A stretch of 64,000 bases of DNA, from contig CATNEN010000003.1 of the NCBI GenBank assembly GCA_950097015.1, positions 11,470,001 through 11,534,000 of the forward strand, written 5' to 3'. A program made the position numbers and the translations under genes. Source of the DNA: Macrostomum hystrix. Lineage: Eukaryota; Animalia; Platyhelminthes. The notes under the pieces were generated by a model, which saw only the letters and a list, made by a program, of their open reading frames with translations, was not told where the DNA came from and did not search any database. This document shows, piece after piece, positions 31,801-43,800 of the stretch. Each line of letters begins with the position of its first letter. Within the stretch, counting starts at the first letter, position 1.

Positions 31801-34800
31801 TGTGACACTCTCAGACACTCTGTGACACTCTCAGACACTCCCAGACACTCTGTAGGCACTCTCAGACACTCTGTGGCACTCTCAGACACTCTGTAGGCAC
31901 TCTCAGACACTCTGTGGCACTCTCAGACACTCTGTGACACTCCCAGACACTCTATAGGCACTCTCAGACACCCTATCGTCTTCTCATAATCGGCATCGGC
32001 ATGGCACAAAGAATGCCAAGCAGGCCAGCCAATCACCGCTCACCTGCACAACGGTAGCCGAGGTGGCGGCGCTGCCTTCGGGATATCGCCAAGTGAGCGA
32101 AATGCCGCTGTCAGTTTCTGACAGGGTCACAATGACCGGCTGACCGGGTGAACCTGGCACAGGTCCGGTGGTCACATTAATCGCTGTCTCTGGTCCCCAG
32201 CCCCAAACGGTTTGAGTTTGAGCAGCCACCCTGAACTCATAGTACGCCGACTCGGATAGACCAACAGCATCGTAAGTTAACTGCCTGGCATCCAGAAATA
32301 CTTCAACATTGCGCTGTCCTGAACTGACGGGCGTCAGGCGAGTGTAGGCTGCGGATTGAGGCGAGGGATTCGGGGGGGTCAGGTGGCTGGCGAGAGATCC
32401 CATTTTGGGGTGAACCTTTTATAAATATGATTTGGGATACGTGATAACTGCAAAAACGGACCTCAACTCATCTCATCTCACCCTATTTTATTGAAATCTC
32501 ACTTAATCTCACCCAATGCAATGGAATGGATGAAAATCTTATCCTATCTCACAGAAAACTCATTAAAATCTCATCCGATCTCATCGAACTGTCACCCAAA
32601 TGTCAGGAGTTTCTAGCCCAGAGATTAAACATCTCTATAATCAGCGGTAACTCTTTAGTCGACACAAATTGATAATTTTTTATCCCTTGGCAATCAAAGA
32701 TCAATAGTCTATGGCCAAACTCTAATCAGCTTTAAATCAGGCAAGAAATCAAGTCAAACAATTATAGCTGTCAACACGAATCGAGACCTCGATGAGCCAT
32801 GGATGCGGAAGCTTCCAATAAACCTCGGCTTCTCATGAGAACTTATCGCCTACAATGGGAACGATTGCAAGAGTTCAACCTGCCAGCTGGCTGCGTGTGC
32901 ACCTCATTGAGTGTCAATCCGGTCATGGGCGAGATCATGTTCGCCTGCCGCAATCGTGGACTGTTGCACTACGCCTGGAACAAAGAATTCGGAGTTGTGT
33001 ACGCCGACAAGCCGTGTCGCATCAGCTATGAAGGTCGGTGACGAAACGCGAATCTAAAAGTACACGACTATAAAAAAGTGTACATGCAGTGTACATCCTT
33101 TTAACTTTTCTCTCCTACTGTTCCCACCTCACTCCGCGTCTCTGATTGGCTGCGGCAAGCTCAAGCGTTATGGGGAGGGGCAGATCCAGCCAGCCAATCA
33201 GGCGTAGGCTGCTACGGCTTGGCAGACATACATCAGGTCTCGTCTCGCTGTCTTATTTTACAGTAGAAAGAATACGGGGTATTTCAATACTCACTGGCCT
33301 ATTTCACGATAGCTCCCAACAGAACGATTGGTTGAATATACTCCCGTGTTCATTCTACTTTTAACCGCAGATTGGGGCAATGTTCGCCTAGTAAAATGCG
33401 AGCAAGAGAGCGGAGCCTACGCCGTTGTCAATGACAAAACAATAGCCCTAGTAACGCTGGGCTATCAGCGCTCGGCTCCGTCGTCAGCGCAGGCCATCAA
33501 GACTGCCAACAACGCATCGAAACCTGGAGCGGAAATGCTGTCACACATAGCGGCAAGGTATTGTCATTTAGCCAAGCCAGAAGACCAGCATCATCACGAA
33601 GCAGCTCAGAACGACTCAGTCAGGTCAGAAGATGGACCGCACAGACAAGCGAATCAGAATCATCAGGAGGCGGAGCAGGGCACGGCAGCCGATGTCAGCG
33701 GAGGCGGTGCCGGATTGGTCGACTGCGTCGACTTTGAAAGCGAACGCTGCTCAGTTGGCAAAGTGCGCGATGTTGCCATAGATACGGAGAACGAGAGGAT
33801 CTACCTGTTGTACAAGGACAGGCTGTGTCGCAGACTATATCCAGATATGAGAAGCTACAGTGATGCAGCACCATGCCAGTCTGTAAACAGATGCATCGGC
33901 AGTGAGCTGGTCTGTCTGGCGCAGAGCAGGCGTATTTTGTACCTGCTTAATAAATCAGGCGATGTTAGAATTCGACTCAAATTAGAGAGAATGACATCGG
34001 CAACGCTAGACCAGCTAGCTTGGAAAACCGTTGGAGAACGGCTGACAAGACTCGTGCCAGGGAAATCAGAGGCCACGACTATCTATGGCGAAATCGCCAA
34101 GAAGCTTCAGTGAGTGCCCCGTCTATGAATGTGGAATGCTTGGACACACTTTGAGTAGAGATTGTAGGGCTGTGGGATGCTTGGACACACTTTGAGTAGA
34201 GATTGTAGGGCTGTGGAATGCTTGGACACACTTTGAGTAGAGATTGTAGGGCTGTGGAATGCTTGGACACACTTTGAGTAGAGATTGTAGGGCTGTGGAA
34301 TGCTTGGACACACTTTGAGTAGAGATTGTAGGGTATCAATTCCCAAGTAGTGTATCAAATGTTAAATAGGCGAGCGAATACTAGATCCTAGATGATGACC
34401 AAATTTATGATAGAGGATCAAATCCCAAATAGGGAATCAAATGTAAAATAGGGGATCAAATGCCGAATAGGGGATCAAATCCCAAATAGGGGATCAAATG
34501 CCAAATAGGGGAACAAATCCCAAATAGGGGATCAAATGTCAAATAGGGGATCAAATGTCAATATGGGATCAAAAAATCCCAAAGAGGGGATCAAATGCAA
34601 ATAGGGGATGCAATCCCAAATAGGGGATCAAATGCCAAATAGGGGATCAAATGCCAAATAGGGGATCCAATCCCAAATAGGGGATCAAATGTCAAATAGG
34701 GGATCAAATGTCAATATGGGATCAAAAAATCCCAAAGAGGGGATCAAATGCAAATAGGGGATGCAATCCCAAATAGGGGATCAAATGCCAAATAGGGGAT

Positions 34801-37800
34801 CAAATGCCAAATAGGGGAACAAATCCCAAATAGGGGATCAAATGCCAAATAGGGGATCAAATGCCAAATAGGGGAACAAATCCCAAATAGGGGATCAAAT
34901 GCCAAATAGGGGATCAAATGCCGAATAGGGGATCCAATCCCAAATAGGGGATCAAATGTCAATATGGGATCAAAATATCCCAAATATGGGATCAAATGTC
35001 AAATTAGTGATCAAATTTCAAATAGGGGATCAAATGTCAAAAAAGGCAATCGAATGCCAGATTATCGAATCCCGAAAATCTCGGACAAAAGCCCATGATG
35101 AAATCCCGAATCCAAATCTGCGCCTGCAGCCCAGCCATCCATGGTCAATCGTTGAGCTACCCAGCATCTGTCAGTTCTGACTCGGCCACATCCAAAATGT
35201 CTGTCTGCTTAGCAACAATCGATGCCAAACTGTCTGGCATTCCGAGGGCGCATCGACCGTCAGCATCTTCGCAAATCCCTGACACCCTGGCTGCCAAGCG
35301 GCAGCTCCAACTGCAAGCCGATCGAGGCCTCAGCTTTACAACAGACGCCATTGGCAAGGCTAGTAACACTGTAACAACGGTTGCTAAGGACGCGGAAGTG
35401 AGGGAACTGCCAGAGCTAGCTGGCGCTTGCGTAGATACTGAACGGGATATTTTATTCGCCTCGACTGGGGAACCAAAAATCTATGCTTTGTGGCTGCTCA
35501 ATCCAGTGGAAAGTGAACTGAACGATTCAAAACTAACAGCTAAAACTGACTGGTGGCTTGAGGACTCAAAGATTGATCTGAGCGGCCCGCCGCCTGCCCG
35601 ACCGTTTGTTGCTGGCCCGATTGCGTGCGCTTCAACCGGCGGTAGACGGGCCGGCTTTCTCTACGCTGTCGATAGGCAAGACTGTCGACGAGTGCTTGTA
35701 ATTCGCTACACTGTCGAACCATGCATTGGAGCTGTTGGCTCCAGCCAATGAGCTGGCAGAAACTCGGATGGAATTCGAACTCGCGACTGCTCCGTCACAG
35801 CCGACTGATTCTCCAAGAAGATTCTCCCCCCGTTCTTACCTGTGATTCTCCCTTGAGATTCTTACCTGTGATTCTCCCTTGAGATTCTTACCTGTGATTC
35901 TCCCTTGAGATTCTTACCTACGATTCTCCCTTGAGATTCTTACCTATGATTCTACCCTGAGATTCTTACCTATGATTCTACCTTGAGATTCTTACCTGTG
36001 ATTCCCCTGAGATTCTTACCTACGATTCTCCCTTGAGATTCTTACCTGTGATTCCCCTGAGATTCTTACCTGTGATTCCCCTGAGATTCTTACCTACGAT
36101 TCTCCCTTGAGATTCTTACCTACGATTCTCCCTTGAGATTCTTACCTATGATTCTCCCTTGAGATTCTTACCTATGATTCTCCCTTGAGATTCTTACCTA
36201 TGATTCTACCCTGAGATTCTTACCTGTGATTCTACCCTGAGATTCTTACCTGTGATTCTACCCTGAGATTCTTACCTATGATTATCCCTTGAGATTCTTA
36301 CCTATGATTCTACCCTGAGATTCTTACCTGTGATTATCCCTTGAGATTCTTACCTATGATTCTACCCTGAGATTCTTACCTACAATTCTCCCTTGAGATT
36401 CTTACCTATGATTCTCCCTTGAGATTCTTACCTGTGATTCCCCTGAGATTCTTACCTGTGATTATCCCTTGAGATTCTTACCTATGATTCTACCCTGAGA
36501 TTCTTACCTACGATTCTCCCTTGAGATTCTTACCTGTGATTCCCCTGAGATTCTTACCTGTGATTATCCCTTGAGATTCTTACCTATGATTCTACCCTGA
36601 GATTCTTACCTACGATTCTCCCTTGAGATTCTTACCTACGATTCTCCCTTGAGATTCTTACCTACGATTCTCCCTTGAGATTCTTACCTATGATTCTCCC
36701 TTGAGATTCTTACCTATGATTCTCCCTTGAGATTCTTACCTATGATTCTACCCTGAGATTCTTACCTGTGATTCTACCCTGAGATTCTTACCTGTGATTC
36801 TACCCTGAGATTCTTACCTATGATTATCCCTTGAGATTCTTACCTATGGTTCTCCCCTGAGATTCTTACCTACGATTCTCCCTTGAGATTCTTACCTATG
36901 ATTCTACCCTGAGATTCTTACCTATGATTCTACCCTGAGATTCTTACCTATGATTCTACCCTGAGATTCTTACCTACGATTCTCCCTTGAGATTCTTACC
37001 TGTGATTCCCCTGAGATTCTTACCTACGATTCTCCCTTGAGATTCTTACCTGTGATTCCCCTGAGATTCTTACCTACGATTCTCCCTTGAGATTCTTACC
37101 TGTGATTCCCCTGAGATTCTTACCTGTGATTATCCCTTGGGATTCTTACCTACGATTCTCCCTTGAGATTCTTACCTGTGATTCCCCTGAGATTCTTACC
37201 TGTGATTATCCCTTGGGATTCTTACCTATGATTCTACCCTGAGATTCTTACCTGTGATTCCCCTGAGATTCTTACCTGTGATTATCCCTTGGGATTCTTA
37301 CCTATGATTCTACCCTGAGATTCTTACCTGTGATTCTCCCTAGTAATACTCCCCTATCCCCTGTAGCTATTACCTGTAATTCTCGCCTGTGATATGTTTC
37401 CGGCTTTAATTAATTCTAAAGTTAAAACAACTTTACTATAACTGATACTATTAGTATAACAACAAGAATATGCAATATAAAAGTTAAACTTGCCAGCAAA
37501 CACTGAGAGAAAATAATATAATACCACTATGACCAATTCTTCCCAAAGCGCTAATTACTGGATTAGAGATAAGAAAACTAAAGCCCTCTCACCCAGTCGA
37601 TATCGAGTCACATTGCCATTCGGTTCGATAGGAGCAGACCAGACTGCCGTAGCTTCAGTCGGAGTGACGTGGACAGCTCGCAGACCGGACACCATACCCG
37701 GCGGTCCGTCGCTGGTGACTACTCGAGTCTCCGTTGAATTGGGCCCTTCGCCAGCCGGATTGAAAGCAGCCGCTGTCACAGCGTAGACAGAGTACAGTCG

Positions 37801-40800
37801 CAGACGATCAATTGACGAAGCCGATTTTCCGCCGGCTACCGCGACGCTGCCAGTGTCCATGTCGGCGGCGGCTGCGGTGGCGGCTTCTCGTCGACGTCTG
37901 CCGGAGCCGACTGGGGCGACTTCGGCTGGCGAACCAAGACGGCGATAATACAGACGATAGCCTAGTAGGACACCGTTCTGTTGGTCCTTGGCCGGAGCGG
38001 TCCAGTTGCAGTAGATCTGCAGTTGCAGTAGATGGAGACAATTAGTGACGAGACTGGTGTAATGACCGATGGCTATGACTAAAGACTGTGGTGTAATGAC
38101 CGATGGCTATGACTAAAGACTGTGGTGTAATGACTGATGGCAATCACCAGAGACTATGGTGTAATGACCGATGGCAATCACCAGAGACTATGGTGTAATG
38201 ACCGATGCTATCACCAGAGACTATAGTGTAATGACCGATGGATATGACCAGAGACTATAGTGTAATGACCGATGGATATGACCAGAGACTGTGGTGTAAT
38301 GACCGATGGATATGACCAGAGACTATAGTGTAATGACCGATGGATATGACCAGAGACTATAGTGCAATGACCGATGGATTTGACCAGAGACTATAGTGTA
38401 ATGACCGATGGATATGACCAGAGACTATAGTGTAATGACCGATGGATATGACCAGAGACTATAGTGCAATGACCGATTGATATGACCAGAGACTATAGTG
38501 AAATGACCGATGGATATGACCAGAGACTATAGTGTAATGACCGATGGATATGACCAGAGACTATGGTGTAATGACCGATGGCTACGACCAAAGACTGTCG
38601 TAAAATGACCGATGGTTATGACCAAAGACAATATATAACAGTTATATATTCTCTGTGGCTATGAACAAAAACTGTGGTAATAATAACCTAAGACTTTGAT
38701 GTAATGACCGATGGCAATGACAAAATACTATAGTGTAATGACCACAGACTATGGAGGTAATGACCAAAGACTATTGGTATAATGACCAAAGATTACGGTG
38801 CAATGATTAAAGTCTATGGTGTAAGCGAAAACTACTGTGGTGGTAACGCCCAAAGAATATGACTGAAATGACCAAAGAACTTAGGAGGAAATGACTCAAT
38901 ACTGTCGTGGAAATGATCAAAGATCAGGGTGCTAATGATTAAAGGCTTTAGTAGTAATCACAAAATGATTTGGTAGTCATAATCAGTATGACTAGCTGAT
39001 TTTATAAGAAACACCACTGATTCGGCCATTTAGACTTTGTGCTAAGGCCAAGCTGTATGATTAAAGATGCAGCTACAAAAAATAGATGTAAATCTTGCGC
39101 TACTCATAGTAGAGCAAATTACACAAAGTGCATTACCTGAGCACCGCCAATGGCTAGGCACTGCAGTGAACTGGGCGGAGCTGTAGGTACTGCTTCTCCA
39201 ACGTAGACCAACTGCAAGCGACTAGACCTAGGCGCCTGGCCATAGTTACTAACAGCCAATAGGGACACTTCGTAATAGATTCCTCTGGTTAGATTGCCAA
39301 CTAGAGCTCTGCTAGTTCCGGATGCGGAATCGGCCGATAAATCCACACTTGTCGAAGCTCCGACATCGCCAATTCTCGGATTAAACTGCACCCGAATCAG
39401 TCGATTGGCGCTAGTGCAGCTGAGTCCGCAACGCCAGCTAGAACTCAGCAACGGAGTCCAGTCCACTCGCACAGTGGTTGGATCCAAGGGCGTCAATTTC
39501 AAGCCTTCTGGCGATGCCGCCGGAGGACCCGGTCTGGTAGCTTCGACTAGCGAAGCTGCTGACCAATCGCTAGGACCGACATCGTTAGTTGCCAGCACTT
39601 GAAATACGTAACTAGTGGCCGGCTGTAGTCCGGTGACGGTGGCCGAAGTGCCGTGACTTGCCAGACGGGTCATCGTCCAATTTGTTGACGCCAACGACGA
39701 AAACGGCGGCTGAGGCATCACCAGCAGCGTGTAGTTTCTGATTGGCCCATAGTTGGTCGCTTTTGGGGTCCAGCTGATGTCGATTGACGTGTCGGTTGTC
39801 TGAAAGATCGGATAAGCCTGAGTGTTATTTCCCCCATTTCTGAGATAAGTTTATGAATGATAAGACCTGAAGATGTGATAAGTGCCTGAAGGACAAGACC
39901 TGAAAATGTGAGAAGTGCCTGAAGGACAAGACCTGAGGATGTGAGAAGTGACTGAAGGATAAGACCTGAGGATGTGATAAGTGCCTGAAGGACACAATCT
40001 GAGGATGTGATAAGTACCTGAAGGACAAGACCTGAGGATGTGATAAGTGTCTGAAGGACAAGACCTGAGGATGTGAGAAGTGACTGAAGGATAAGACCTG
40101 AGGATGTGATAAGTGCCTGAAGGACACAATCTGAGGATGTGATAAGTACCTGAAGGACAAGACCTGAGGATGTGATAAGTACCTGAAGGACAAGACCTGA
40201 GGATGTAAAAATTGCCTGAAGGACACGACCTGAAGGATGTGATAAAGGTCAAAGACACGACCTGAAGGATGTGATAAGTACCTGAAGGACACAACATGAG
40301 GATGTGATAAGTACCTGAAGGACACAACCTGAGGATGTGATAAGTACCTGAAGGACACAACATGAGGATGTGATAAGTACCTGAAGGACACAACCTGAGG
40401 ATGTGATAAGTACCTGAAGGACACAACATGAGGATGTGATAAGTGTCTGAAGGACACGACCTGAGGATGTGATAAGTGTCTGAAGGACACGACCTGAGGA
40501 CGTGATAAGTGTCTGAAGGACACGAACTGAAGCCTGTGATAAGGGTCAAAGACACGACCTGAAGGATGAAGAAGAAACTAGTGAAGCTATCTGATTTAAA
40601 TTTTACGATCTTACATAAAAATAAGATAAAATTGCCTCACCATACTACTAATTATTAACGGCCTAGTAGGCGCTTCGGGACGCATTCTCGCGGGAAATAT
40701 TTGCACGCTAGCATTGGCGTACGGTCCGACACCTTTGGCATTGACAGCCGCCACCTGTACAAGGTACTGAGACTCAGCTAATAGGCCAGTTAGAACACGG

Positions 40801-43800
40801 CTGAGCTGTGTACCGGGTACTGACAAATCAGTAACTGAGCCGCCAGATTCTAAGCCAAATCGAAGGCTCCAACTAGACACACTGGCTGATCCCGGATAGG
40901 TTGGCGGCAACCAGCCAATCGTAGCACTGTCCGCTGTCACGTGACTACAATAGATTAGTTTCGGCGCATCAGCTGGTATGCCCTCTTCAGTCAGAACCAG
41001 CAGAGGTACAGCTGTGGATGGACCTTCGCCTTGTCTAGTGACAGCGGATACAGAGAATGCATACAGAGTGTAGGGCATCAGGTTGGCGATATTCACAGAG
41101 TAGGAGGCGCCACCGCCAATGGGAGAAGTCGGCGCAATGCTCATAGAGCCGCTCGACTGTGTCTGATTCCAACGAACAATATAAGCTAATATAATTCCAT
41201 TAGCCTGTTCAACTGACAAAGGATCAAACACTAGTCCAACACTAGTTGAACTCTTGATTCTTAAGGCCAAGTTACTAGGAGGAGCTGACGGCACTGAATC
41301 CCATGTGACGGCGGTGACAGTTCCAGTGACAGCGGATCCAGCGGGATTACTGGCTGTCAGTTGTACATCATAGACTGTGAATGGCAACAGATTGTCCAAT
41401 AGTCGATAACTGGCGCCGGCGTCGGTGACAAATACCTCGGCGAATTTCTCGCTGCTATTTCGGCGCCAATAACGAATTGAATAACCGGACGGTTCGCCAT
41501 TCCACTGACTGGATTCTAGAGGCATCCATCGGACACTGACGGATCTGGCGTCGACAACGCGAACTGTCAGATTAGCCGGAGCTGAGGATGGAGCAGCTTG
41601 CAGAGTGTTGAACCAGTTGCTAGGCAAAGACACGTTTGATAGGCCGCGTATATTTTGTACAGACAGGCGAACACGATAGCGAGTGTACGGCGATAGGCTT
41701 GTTAGGCTTATTCTGTTTGTAATTGAAGCTGAACCAGGAATGCTTACTAGGCGTTGCCATGGCGACGCTTCATTTTGTACCTGATTCAAATAGCGAGATG
41801 GTTGGGAAAAGCTAAATTTATATTACAGGTTTGATATTGATTGCTATGGCGGTAATGACCCTACACCTTGATCCTGTGGATCTAGTAAGATGGTAATGTC
41901 CCTACCCCTTTAACCTGTGGATCTAGTAAGATGGTAATGTCCCTACCCCTTTAACCTGTGGATCTAGTAAGATGGTAATGTCCCTACCCCTTTAACCTGA
42001 GGATCTAGTAAGATGGTAATGTCCCTACCCCTTTAACCTGAGAATCTGGTAAGATGGTAATGACCCTACAACTTTAAACTGAGAATCTGGTAAGATGGTA
42101 ATGACCCTACAACTTTAAACTGAGAATCTGGTAAGATGGTAATGTCCCTACCCCTTTAACCTGAGAATCTGGTAAGATGGTAATGACCCTACAACTTTAA
42201 CCTGAGGATCTAGTAGGACGGTAATGATTACTGACCTGAGCATCCACAATCCAAGCTGAGATTGATGCTCTGCCATCATAGCCAGGTATGAACTGAACCA
42301 AAGCGGATGCTGAGTCCACATTTGACACGGTGAGCATTGTTGGCGGCTGTGGCAGCTCCGGCGGTACCCCAGTTACCATGCCCTCAATTCGCGCCGGACC
42401 CCAGCCAATGACGGTGGCAGCGGCAATGCCAATCTCGTAGCGAGTCTGATGAACCAGGTCCAAGATGAGATAGCCAGTGGCATTGGCTGGCAGGGGAATC
42501 GAGACATTGCCTACAGCACTGGTCGGAGGGGCAGAGGAAGAAGCATTCACAACCGGTTTGTACCAGATTAGATAGCCCGTGATTATGCCGTTCGGTTCGG
42601 CCGGCGGGCGCCAGGAGAGGCGAACCTAAGAAGTGGAAAAGGAGAGACGATATGTATCGAAAAATGTATGAAGAACATAAATCTACAACATACAGTTTTA
42701 GGAATCGGTTATTATGAATAATGAACTAACGCATCAATTTTACCGATATGTTTAAAAATATATCATAATAATTTAAGGATACAATGTTGCCAAGGTAAGC
42801 AACATATACACATGATTTGCCGATATTTATCGAAAAATACCAACGATAAATTGAAGCTACCGCATGTTTTAATCGGAAAATGGACAAGAATGGACTCCCG
42901 ATATGTATCGAAAAATCAACAAAAAGCTGAATTAGATTACGGCGGCAATTAATCACCAGAATTTTTTGCCGATATGTATTGAAAAACGGATATGTTCCGA
43001 CCCGCCAATACGCACCTGATTGTCCACAATATCGCTGAGAGCGAAATCCATAACAGGTCCTGGCACGTCCTGCATTGTGACTGCGGTGACAGCGGCTGAG
43101 ACGGGACCCCGGCCGGCGCTTGTGAAACAGGCGATTGTCACACTGTAGGCGGTGTATTTAGCCAAACCATTCACTGGCAAGCTGGTCAGACGCGCGGTTG
43201 GACCTTTACTAGAATCGTAGGGCACAATGGTCTCCATGGCAACAGAGGGATTAGGGCCGCAATTAGATACGCAGATTGCGCTAATAACGTAGCCTAAATT
43301 GAATCCGTTGATCTGGTTAGGACTAGGCTGGTTGAATGACACCAGCAGCTGGGTGCTGGAGCTCGGCACAGCCGTGACATCACTCGGCCGATCTGTGGGC
43401 ACTCCCTCGGCTGTGGTTTCGCGTCTGGCATCGGAGAATACACCGACGCCGATGGCATTGTAGGCTGCGATGCGAACTTCGTATTCAGTGAATACCTGGT
43501 TTGGAGGTGAGTGATATTGGACACGATACAATAGGTGTTAGGGGATAGGATAGAACAGGATAGGATAAGATAGGATAGGATAAGATAGGATAGGATAAGA
43601 TAGGATAGGATAGGATAAGATAGGATAGGATAAGATAGGATAGGATAAGATAGGATAGGATAGGATAGGATAAGATAGGATAGGATAGGATAAGATAGGA
43701 TAAGATAGGATAGGATAAGATAGGATAGGATAGGATAAGATAGGATAAGATAGGATAGGATATGATAGGATAGGATAGAACAGGATAGGATAGGATAAGG

